Shown here piece after piece: positions 36,154 to 47,380 of a DNA stretch of 64,000 nucleotides; the first letter of the stretch is position 1; the number at the start of each line of letters is the position of its first letter. The notes under the pieces were generated by a model. The model was not told the DNA's origin. It saw only the letters and a list, made by a program, of their open reading frames with translations, and did not search any database. The DNA is taken from positions 13,950,001 through 14,014,000 of the forward strand of contig OU015567.1 of NCBI GenBank assembly GCA_907165135.1. The letters are read 5' to 3'. The DNA is from Oikopleura dioica. Its lineage: Eukaryota > Animalia > Chordata. The translations under genes were made by a program, and so were the position numbers.

Positions 36154-36784
36154 TTAAAAAGTAAACTGCACATTCGAAAAGCCACCAGCAGCTTCGAAAA
36201 TATTCGCCAGCTCTTCTGCTAGGTTTTCTGTTTGTTGCAGAATCGCTGGATCCGGTTCCGGCAGCGTCACATTCTAGCGCAAGGGATTGAGATCAGCAAT
36301 AAGGGGATCGATTCTTACCGAATTGGTAGTTTGAGAAGAGAGGCTTTCCCGTGGACGTTCGACCGCGATATTTGAAAAAATTTCGTGAATGGAGTGGCTG
36401 TATTGGCGGATTCGCTCGTTGCATTGAACTAGAACCGACTGTTAGAAGGGTTGAAAAAGCAACCAGAAGAAAAAAGGATTACAAGCGGATTTACCTGGGT
36501 CGAGAATTTCTGGATGGGGGTTGATCAGCGCTTCGCAGGTCGCCCGCATCAACTCTTCATCTTCTTTAGCAAGTCGACTATTTACAGTTGGAGTTCCACA
36601 CAGCTCGGCCTCATCCAAATCCGCTAAAACACTAAATCTTCTCCAGCTCTAGAATCAAAACTGTACCTAGCGGATCTGTTCGCATGGAAATTGGCCTGCT
36701 GCTTGTCGCGGTCTCTGTATTCTCATTTCCGAGCAAGGAACTTGTATCAGAAGCTGCATCTTCTTTGCAGCAAACACAGCCCAT
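36154..36784 (-). CDS. LAMTOR1/p18-like lipidated protein, copy 1 (not in the ORF track as a unit)
   Basis: Hand-spliced: MGCVCCKEDAASDTSSLLG..NERIRQYSHSI..EPDPAILQQTENLAEELANIFEAAGGFSNVQFTF*. The Gly2/Cys motif, RQYS and VQF parallel LAMTOR1. Confidence 0.65.
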
Positions 36785-37409
36785 AAAATTTCTTAGGCAT
36801 TGACTTCTAAAATCCTCGATTTCCCTAAAAAAGACTCGTTTTACAATATTTTTGCTACTTGAGGTTGTTTCTTTTTTACTTGAGTGATCATTTCGAGTTG
36901 CATGAACAATTTTGCAGAAAATTTAGACAAGACTTGAGCACAGACAGAGGCTAGAAAAAGAGAAAATACAGACAGAGATAAAAAAGGTGGAAGAAATTGA
37001 AGAATAATGACGTTTTTTCCTCAAAAAGAAGGGAGAGAGGCAGAGAATAATCGACTTTTCGCTCGATTATCAAATTAGGGTTAGGCTTTATTCTGTTTTT
37101 AATGAAAATAAGGGCGTCTCAAACTTTCTGTTAGAGAAAGAATGGTGACACCCTTATTATATTTAACAAACGTTTAGTTCAAAGTCAGAATTTCAAACTG
37201 ACTATGATTTGGCAAAATAAAATAAGGGTGTCATTTTGCTAGCGCCACGAGAGTAGAGAGGGAACTTCTTCCCTCAATTAAAGACACCCTTAATTCTGGA
37301 TAAAAACGAATGAAACCCATTCCTTCATAAAAATTATTAAATAAAGCTCTCTTCTTTTTGATCCCTATTTTAAAAAATGTAAAATTAACTGAAGCTAAAG
37401 CTGAACTGA

Positions 37410-38078
37410 TTAAAACGTGAACTGAACATTTTCAATGCCACCGGCGGCTTTAATTCTTTTTCGAAGATCTTCGACGAGTTCTTCGCTCAGCTCATTTTGC
37501 TCCTGATCTTCTGATGGTTCTTCTTCCATTCTGTTTTCGTTGCTGTCTGGCTTCTTCTGGGTGACGTAGATTCCGGAGAATAGCGTGTTTTGAGAGAGCT
37601 CGTATTTTCGCATTTTGTCTTCGATTTCGCCTAAAAGAAATTTTGGGTGTTGAATAAAGAATAGTGGCTTTTGATTGGCGCAAACAAAAAATACGGGAGT
37701 CTTATTGGCTAAGACAAAGAAAGTTAGTTTCTGATTAGTTTTTACTCAGAAAAAGAACCAGCTGATCGGTGGTTTTTATTCGAAAAAAAAGGAATCTTAC
37801 GCTGTCCCATGTTGTGCCCTTCATTGGAAATAATCTGCGAGAGAATATCTTCTGTCATCTTTTTTATCAACAAATCTCCTTCATCTTCTTCTGGCGCATT
37901 ATCGAGCAGTTCGCTTCCTACGTCTGAGTCCAAGTCTGATTCTGCGATTAATCTTTCTTTTCCAAAGCTTTCAAATAAATTTATTTCTTTTTTAATAAAA
38001 ATATAAGATCGATTTTGATGATTTTCTAGCTTTTCCTTGATCTTCGTCTTTTCCAAAACACTTCAAGCAATTTCCCAT
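37410..38078 (-). CDS. LAMTOR1-like paralogue, copy 2
   Basis: ATG at 38078 gives MGNCLKCFGKDEDQ. The C-terminus AAGGIENVQFTF* nearly matches copy 1. The first intron seems to need a GA donor. Confidence 0.55.
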
Positions 38079-38522
38079 TTCTCAAATCTCCAAATCAAAT
38101 GCACAAAAAATTATGGTTTATTCTTCTCTAGATTTTTTAAAAATGCGTCACTCAATTTTTTTGGAATTGGCGCGCAACCAATCAGCGCGCATCACTGCCG
38201 CTGAACGACGTGATCACCAGCTGCGTACGTGACCGACTTTTTTCGACTCGAGAGAGTTTTTTTGTTTCGAATGGAATTATTTCTAAGAAAATTTCTTTGA
38301 AGAGGGATCAAAAGGAGCTCTTTTTTCAGAAGAAGGGATGAAAAAGAGCGCGTGACAACCAACTTGATCAGCTGATTTTTTGCATTTCGGCGGGGTACAG
38401 AAAAATGGGGAGCAAACAGTTGAATTTTGCGCTTTTGGCGCCCGAGGGAGTCACTTCATTTTCAAATAAACGGCTTCAGTAAGACTCAAATAGAGAAAAA
38501 ACTCGCATTTTACGACGAGAAG

Positions 38523-39987
38523 ATGGATCAGGTACTGTGAGAGAAATGTACTGTTGAAATATCACCGTAATTACTCGTTATTGGCATCATTTTTGGCAAA
38601 CCATGTGAGAATCCAGCATTTTTAGATAGAATTTTCTTATTACCGCGTAAAATAATAGTTTGAAAATCCCGCCTAATTTTTGGGAAACCGGCTGATCCAA
38701 TCGGAAGCTTCGATATTACAAATTCTAGGAACTCATAGCTATATCCTCCGTTTAGCTCCTGGAAGTAGGCGCTCAAGAATCATGGCGTTGCATCAACGAC
38801 TACGGCTTCTACCTCGACATTTGCCACTTTTCAATCGCGCTGATGGGCGCAAAGAAGAAACTCGGTGCAACTGCTCGTGAAAAGCCTCTTATCTCCGCCG
38901 GAGTGTCCATTTTCTCCTGTTTCTTGTCCGGTTTCACGCTCAACTTCCTCTGCGGCCTGCCAATCCTCGGATCCTTGCAAGCGACGACGACGCTGATCAT
39001 GATCTTTTGTTTGTGGATGTTGATGAATTTTATCATGCCGGATTTGTTCGACAAGATCTTCAACTTTCCCCCTGTGCTGATTGTTCTAGTGGCGGGAAAA
39101 GAACTTCTGAGGAACAAGAAAATCTATGGCTCGATTGACAAAGCGATGAAAATTTACCCAGAAAGGAAAGGTTCATTTCTCGGACTGGCTTATTTTGTTT
39201 CGTAAATTTCAGTTGATTTGTAAAGTATATGATATACTTTATATACTGTATATCTTCCGTTCTAGACGGCACCCTGCGCAGAAAACCTGAGCATGGCTCC
39301 AAAGGAGCTCTAACAGAACCTGAATCAGGTTTTCTGCGCAGGTTGCTAGACCCGACTTCCGCTAGACTAGCATTGTAATGTCTGCTCTATTTGGTCAATT
39401 GCCGTGATTTATCGGAGATTAATTAGTAATTACGCCAATTTTGAGCTTCCCAGGGTTATTTCCTCGGTGTTACTTTTGAAGAAAAACATAATGATGATGA
39501 ATGTTCTTTTATTTTTATGAACCTTCAAAAAGCTTTCATATCGTCGCTTTTCTCGGTTTGGTTGGCTGCGCTGCTGGCGGTGCTTTGACCCACTACCTAA
39601 CTGCTGTCCAGAACAAGTCGTTCACTGGCAATCAGAAGCCAGCCTTGGCGACGAAATTCTCAACAGTTTTCGCGATTTTGCACACTTGCGCCACGATGAA
39701 AATTGCATTTTTCGGCTGGCTGCCGACGCGCCCTGAAGTCTGCTTCATTCAGTTTTCCGTCGTCGCTCCGATCTTGGTAACCTTTTTTGGTTGTTCACCG
39801 ATTTATTGAGTTGGTTAATTTTCAGATTGGCGAGAAATTCGGACTTGTCATTGATCCCTTCCAACCTTTGCAGGACATTCTGTACAGAGTCTTTGTCAGC
39901 ATGGGCGAAGAAGAAATAGCTGCTCCAAAGCCTGTTTCAGCGCCAAAATCTCCATCAAAGAAGGCTAAAAAGTCGAAGAAAGAATAA
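38523..39987 (+). CDS. TMEM38: Trimeric intracellular cation channel (TRIC)
   Basis: MDQ|LLEVGAQ..KPLISAGVSIFSCFLSG..GKELLRNKKIYGSIDKAMKIY..GGAL..KFSTVFAIL..DPFQPL, with a Lys-rich tail as in TMEM38. Confidence 0.75.
39273..39342. repeat. Short inverted-repeat element in a TMEM38 intron
   Basis: CCTGCGCAGAAAACCTGA at 39273-39290 and its exact reverse complement at 39325-39342. Confidence 0.7.
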
Positions 39988-41623
39988 TTTTCCGATAAAA
40001 TGCGATCATCCTGCGATTTTCCTGCACTCAGTTACTTTCAAAACTGACAATTACAGCCTCTTTTTGCCACGAATTTCAATTTTACCATTATAAATTTGGT
40101 ATTTCTTCAAAAATTATCACGAATTTCCGAGAAAAAGGGCTGAATTTGCCAGTTTTTTCTTCGGTTTTGCAATAAAAAAGATGATAATCGTTGAGTTTTT
40201 TTGTTTGAGGCATGTTTTATTTTGAAAACTGAGAACAATTATAATTTAATTAAACTTGTGGGTATACGTTCTGTGAGCATGAATGAGTTGAAACCAGTAT
40301 ATGCAAAAGTTAATTTGTTTTTGTTTTTTGAAAATCAGTTTTTACAGTCTTTTTTCTGTCGGGTAAGAATAAGATGTTGTGTTTGTTTTGTAATGGCTTT
40401 TACTACAGATGTAAAATTGTTCTGTAAGAAAGAAAAAGCAGGCATTTAGTTGGCCAAAATAGAAATTGAGAAGGAAACAATACGTGAATGAGAGTTTTAT
40501 ATTTTTTGTTGAGGCTTTCTGGAGAGAGAAGCGGAGCTACTATCATTACAAAACAGTATTAATTGTGAATTACAGTAAGCGGGAATTGTAATTTTGAGAT
40601 AGATAATGTGTTAAAAGGGGGAGACTTTGAATCACCGGGGATGCACATCACAAGAATTTGGAACTCTTCGGATTTTTTACTGGAACAGTAATACTTGAAA
40701 TCAAAGCCGTTGATTTCGAGTATTCACACAGGAGCAGACAATCAGCAGAATAAAAGACTTCTTATCTGTTGAAGCAAAATAGGGTTTTTTTTAAAGCTGT
40801 CAGGTTCTGTTTCTTTTAGTAAGAAAAAAATTCAAGCTTAGCTGGAGGTTCAAAAGGGTGAAAAGGAGAGTATTTTCGAGTTGGGTTTTTACTTTGATTT
40901 GTTTTACTTTTTCTTTGAATAGTTGAGGCGTTCCGGTTGAGGAATTTGATAAATGAAAATTTTCAAATTGAAACAAACTGAAATTGAAATTCAGCCGTTT
41001 TTTAAACTGTTTGGAAAGAAGAAACTTCTGAACTTGGGAAAAAGGGTTGAACTTGGTACTAAGAGATCGAGTTTTTCTAATGATTAGAAATAAGCCAAAC
41101 TCTTAATAAATAATTAAATATTAATAAAAAATATTGTGGGAACTAAAGGAGCGTGGATTAATAAAATGTTTGCCGAATATATAAATAAATCGTATTTACA
41201 GTGCTCACAAAAACTGTTGCTCAAAATCGAGGCCTCGAATACGAAATCTTACGAGTCCTTGCTGGTAGCGGGGGATGAGAAAAATAATAGCTGAAGGAAA
41301 GTTCAAGAATCCTTAAAAAAGATCAAGCGCATACATTTATAACCTTGTCAAAAATTCATAAGATATCCTTATCATCTGTCCACCCTATCGTGCCGCAGTA
41401 GGAAATAACAATATGTTTTAACGAATACAAGACTAAAAAGAGAAACTAAAAATACATAATTGAATTGACCAAAAAGATGGTCGATAGTACCGCTGCGGGT
41501 TTTTCTACTACCTGGTGGCTCTAGAATCGCGGCTCAATTGAAAAATGAGGAAATAGGGAGCGGACTAGCGGGGCACGGTAGGGTTGGATTGAAAAGCTCA
41601 AAAAAATCTGAATGGCAGGTGAT

Positions 41624-44600
41624 TTAGATATGTTGAGGTAAGCCGAAGCCTGTATTGAGATAATTTTGGGTTTGATTAGGGTCGCTGCCTTGGGACGTCT
41701 CGCTTAGCTGTCCGGGCAGGTGACCTCCCATGCCGGCGGCGAGGAGGGAGTTGTCAGTTGCGCCCTGGCTGCCGAGGCCGAGGGGGTTGAGCGGCCCGTT
41801 GAGCGAGGCACTGCCTAGCGGCGCTCCCCCGTGAGGCGATAGCGGGTTGGCTTGAGTGGACGCAGCGGAGCCGAGCTGATTCAGCGGGTTCAACGAGTTA
41901 AAGGGGTTGAGCAAGTTTGAGTGTTCCATGCTAAAGTGGCACCAGAAAACAGGACCTGAGTCAAACTGTCGATAGCACTGCGGGCACGTGATAAACTGTC
42001 CAGGAACCTGCTGCCCGAGCGCATTTGCTCCGGCCTGGTTGGGTCCCAAGCCGCCGAAGCTACTCGGCTCCTGGTTGAGCTGATGCTGCCCGAACAGCTG
42101 GTTCTGGATAAAGGGGTTGGGCGGCGCGGACGAGCTTGGCAACTTAATCAAATCGAGCGGATTCGAGCTTGCGCCCAGCGAGCTTGAGGTTAGGTTGTTG
42201 AAGTCAGAGTTCACTCCAGAGCTAGAAGAAATTTTGTGGTTCAAGGAGTTCGAGAAAGAAAGAGGGCCTGTGTCAGGGAAAGAAGACTTTTGAAACAAGT
42301 TTGAAGTGCCATCGTCGCGAGGATCCTGAAAAAGAGGATGTTAGGATAAAGCAAATTGTTGACTCTCAAGGAGTAGACATCAAAACTCGTCTTGATGAGT
42401 CTAATTATTGATGTCTACCTCTCGAATGAAATTGATTATTACGGATGAACTTACTTTTTGAGGGTTTGACATGAAGTGTGAATAAAGATCGAGGCCGCCG
42501 GTGGCGTGCGACGACAAATGCGAGTTGCCCAAAACATCCGATTTTGCGGCGCTCGACAAGCTGTCGATCGCCGTCTCGGTTTTAATATCGTTGCGCATGC
42601 CGGAGAGGAGCGGGAATTGATCCAAATTGTTGTTGACTTTGTCATTCGAGCTAAGCCCGTTGGTTGACGGAAGATGGCCAGCCATGGTCGGCAAGTCGTT
42701 GTGATGATCGTTGGAGCTCTGGCCAAGCACGTTCGTAATGTCGTTGTTGATCATGTTTTGTAAGTTCTGGATCATTCGCTTGGCGGAAGCGATGTGCGTT
42801 CTGTTGATGTCCTTGCTCCACTTTTCCGAGAAAATTCGCGCCGTCTCTTCCAGCGTCATTCCACTAAAGAAATTGAGGTCATCATCTTTCAGAGAGCACT
42901 TAGTTCAATTCAAGAGCGTGGCGGAACATCTTGAACTAGACAAAATAACTTCATCAGCAGCGAGAATAGCTACAAAATACCGCAAAGTTCATCGATCACG
43001 TGTGCTTGCTCAGTAGCTCGGACGTAAGTTTATCCCTGATGTTATCTTGCCATTGCTGCCAGGCGGGTTAATTGCTCTATCTACAGAGCTTGCTTATCAA
43101 TAATTCAGAACGCAAAAGATTCATGGTCAATAAATTTCAAGCGCAAAGCTCAGAACAAAAAAAAATTGACCTTCCGGGGATCTATTCAATTTTAATCCGC
43201 TTCCGGGCCTTGTTCTCCCAAGCTGGCCCCTGTTAAATTCCATATTATTTACCACATTGCTGAATTATTCGCGCGGATTCTGTTTTTGACTTGGACAATA
43301 TCCAATGCCGTTATTCCACTTTTAAAAATTTATATACCACAACTCGTCCAAAATGCAAGAAACATTCGATCGAAAGTTAGCGCCCCTTTATCTTACCTGT
43401 TTTGGCTGATGAAGGTGGCGATTTCTTCGCGCTCAGACTTGGACAGACAAGTTCGGGGTTTTCGCGTGATTTTTTCGTAGCTTTGGTTCGAGCCCTTGTA
43501 CTGCTCCATTGACCATTTGTCGATGTTTTCCTTCGTCCCCATGATTTGCCTGATTTTTTGTCTGTTAAAAATGGACATGAAAAATAAATGAGTACCTTTC
43601 CGTCACATTCCGATTCCACTTTTTAGTGAATAGTTCTGCGTACTGCTTGAGCTGCATTCCGGGATTTTCTTTCATAAAATTCGCGATTTCATGTTTTTCT
43701 CCAAATGTCAATCGAACAAACGGCGATGGTTTCGGTCGATTCTGTCGCAATTTTCGGCCATCATCGAGTTTCTTCCCATGTCGCATCTAAATTCAACCGT
43801 TTATCACTGCAATTACTCCCTGATATTGAAGTATCGAGTGGGTTAAATTCTCAAATTTTGTTGTAAAAGATCGTAAAAGATCGTTATATCATTTACTCCG
43901 CTAAGAATCTCACTATCATAAATAAACTATCACTTTTGAGAATCTGTAGTTTAACTCAACCTGAAAGCGCTGAAGCCATCCTTGAGAAGCATTAAAATTC
44001 TCAATTCCAAGCTGCTTCGCCAATTCTAGCGCCATGTTCCGAATGTAGCCGGAAGTGAGCGTCATTTTCTGCTTCTCGGCTTCATCCATGACGGCAAGCA
44101 TGACCTGCTCGATTTCGGGGAAGTTGGACGATTTCGACTTGTTCTTGTATCGATTGTCGTTGGCGAGGGACTCGTCTAGGAGTTTATCGCCTAAACACGA
44201 GAAGATTTTTTGGGAGGCGAAGCGACATGCCCCCAGGCGCGTGCTCAAAATAATGTCGAGGCACATGACCTGGAGGCAGGTTTTGTGTACCCACGCCAGA
44301 GCGGATTAAATCTAGCCATAATCATTTAATGAGCTTATGGAGAGATAAAAAACCAATCTGGCAAGTTGGTAGCAGTGAGCATTGTTTCTTTCGTTAAATT
44401 AAAAAGTGCGAAATTAAGGATTAGCACTTTGATTTTTTAGGAAATGCAGCTTCTTGCGTCAATTAGTGCAAATACTTCAAGAGCGCTAGAATTGAGCGAA
44501 ACGTCGCTAATTCCTGGCGCGATTGATTAGATGCGCAAATTATGAGCATATTTGTTAATTTCGGATTAAAATAATAACAGTTCTAATTTTAATTTTTTCT

Positions 44601-47380
44601 GTCAAAAATTTACCTTCCGACTTGATTCGCCGGACGGTGTCAGCAGTGAGCGGTTTTTTGAACTTCTCGGAGAAGAGCAGCGCGATATCTTTAGCAAGCA
44701 TATTCGGGTTCTGCACCAAGTACTTGGCGACTTCATGTTTCTCGCAGAGCGAAAATTGGTTCCGCGTGCGGACCTCCGGCTTGGAGTCCTTGTCCGCGCT
44801 GGATTGGGAAACTTTTTTATCGTGCCGCGCGAGGAAACGCTTTGAGGATTTTTTTGATACTGTAAGAAATCTAAATTTTTAATTTGGGCTCTCATACTTT
44901 GCAGCATTTTCCAATGATCTACTTATATCTTTTATGCTTCATAAAGAAATGTAAATAACGTCAAAAAACGAATTTTAGGGGGATGTTTATTAAGGGTGTC
45001 AACAAGAATTTTGAAAAATATGCCTCTTTTATTTTTTAAATCACGAAGCAAAAGCAAGCTTTTTTTAATTTAATTTTTTAGCGTAGCGAGCTAAGCGAGC
45101 ACATTATGCCGTTTTGCTCACTTACTGTTTGTTTCTCTTTTATAGAAAAATCCGTCCCAGAAGCCAGCCCTTGGAGGCACTGAAGCTTCGGTGTCCGATG
45201 AGCTTTGCATGTTGCAGGGCTTTGGTCCTCACTGCCGATCCAGAGAGGCTCTCTTCCTTCGCTTCTGCTTCTTCAAATAGACCGAGCACGTACTTTTCTA
45301 TCTCGGGAGTTCTCGGGCCGCCTTTTGGAAACGACAGTTTTCCTGACTTCGGACTTGGGGTCATTCCATCGGAAGCTAACTCGTGTGGATCTTAAAAAAA
45401 AGATACGTTTATTTGGTGAATTACTTTCCGTATGTATTTTCCTGGCCAAGGAACTGTTTTCATAGATATTTAGACCGGATGCTTTCGAAAATAAAAATAT
45501 CAAGAATTAGCATATATATATTCTTCCTCTTATCTTATTCCCATATCTGGGCTCAGAAACCTGTGTAGAAAACCTGAGTCAGGGTTCGAGAAAAAATAAA
45601 TGAAAGCTGCGTTATTTCGAATTCTGACTCAGGTTTTCTACACAGGTTTATGAGCCCAGTCTCAAAATTTTTTTGAGATGGCATTTTATGATGAGAATCT
45701 CATCATGAGATGGTAATTATGAAAGCTTTCGAAGTAACTAGTCATAGCTCAAATACTCGAATGCTGGGGCTTTTGACTGCTGCCAAGTCTGTATGTTGAC
45801 TTTGGCCGACGTTTGGAAAGCGCTTTACGAGTTTGACTACTTTGGCAAACTGTAAATTCGAGCGGCGACAGTATGTAAAAAGCTTGTGTAAATTGTAGCA
45901 ACTCGCCAAAATGCCAGGCGGATGAATTCAAACAATCACCATCAGAAAACAGATAAAAGCTCTGACAGTTCAAAAACGAAGCTCGGTAGATGATCCTTAT
46001 TCGGATGGCAGCAGTGGCTGCCCCAGGGAAAAGCAGAAGAGACAACGCTCTGAGCACGCTGAATTTGTTTTCAAAGTCGAAAACTAATCGATCCTGGTAC
46101 TCGTGCAAACTATTTCCAAAATGAGGCATATTATATTTCTGGCGAATGGTCATTTTTATTCGATGATATTTTTTGCGATTATTTTTTCGATAATTTCATG
46201 TTTTTAAAATTTGTATTCAAAAAATATTTGATAGATAAGTAGTTTGACGGAAAATTATCCCCCTTCTGAGGAAGAAAATAAAATCATCGAGGATATTCAT
46301 CGATTTTATGAGTTGCAAAATACGTGATAAAAAATAGTTTAGCCATCTTTTCGAGCAGAATAACACTAGTAAAAATACTAGTAATAACATAGTGCGCTCG
46401 AGTTCAGATGATCAATCTGCCGAGAACAATTATATTTAATTGTGCTGATTTAAAACAAGGATTACATATGTCAACCACTTATTTAACGAATCCACATGAA
46501 TAATTGTTATGGCTATCTTGTAATCATGTGATATTCGTTTAAATTATTTGAGTTATTTAAGTTTTCATAATCCAATTTTCCCAAGGAGCGATTATGTTTT
46601 TAGGGCTTGGTTTGAGTTTCGTGAAAACATTTCATAATTAAAAAAGTAGGCTAACTTCTGACTAAAAATGAAAAAATAGACAGTCCACGTGTATACGTTT
46701 TTTTTTCCAGAAACTCGCCCGCCAGAGCTCAAGTTCTAATCGGATTCGATTTCTGTAGCTCGGCAGAGACAGAAAACATTTTCTGCCTGCTTTGCGCTAC
46801 AGGGATCGGCCGATCTGCGAGTCAAGCTCTGGCGATTGGCGTTGCGGCGCGTTTTTGGCCCCGGCGCGGGTCCAAGTTGGCGCAGCGCCAACGTGGCTGA
46901 AAATTGAAACCACTGAAGGCCATTAAATCAGACAAAAGGGACGTCTCTCGTTTTTTTCACTAACTCGCTTAGGCCGGACTTACCCATAGCGATGATGTTG
47001 TCAATCTCGTCGAGATCGATTTGTTTTCCGAATTTGGCGGTGAAGTTTTCTCGAATCAGGGCTCTCGCAGTCGCTGGATTGGCCTTGACGAATTCGGCGA
47101 TTTCTAGCTTTTCTTCGAGGAGCAGTTCGACGCCGTCGACGAGATCGTCATCGGAGCGATCTCTCGAGCTCGTCGACGCGTCACCATGCGCTTGGATCGG
47201 CGTGTCCGCGTTCGAATGTTCTGAAAGCTCGTTCGGCGAGGAATGGTCTTCGTTGGAATTCCCAGTGTCCGGCCCTTCCTGTAGTTGCCCGCCTGGACCT
47301 GTACTATCTCCTGATTGTGTTGGTAACGTGAACGCCTCTGCCGACAATGCTGGCTCCGTCTTCACCCCACCCTCTTCCAT
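41624..47380 (-). CDS. Multi-exon protein with repeated CENP-B/pogo-type HTH domains and a C-terminal C2H2-like finger
   Basis: Four HTH1-like repeats (LEEKLEIAEFVKANP; LCEKHEVAKYLVQNP; FGEKHEIANFMKENP; KSEREEIATFISQN). Two Tc5-HTH repeats ending FSASKGWL and FNASQGWLQRF. CPQC..HFSMEH near the end. No DDE domain seen. Confidence 0.75.
45547..45659. mobile_element. 113-bp MITE-like element with 36-bp TIRs
   Basis: CTGGGCTCAGAAACCTGTGTAGAAAACCTGAGTCAG and its reverse complement, with one mismatch. The core is shared with 39273-39342. TSD not evident. Confidence 0.7.
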
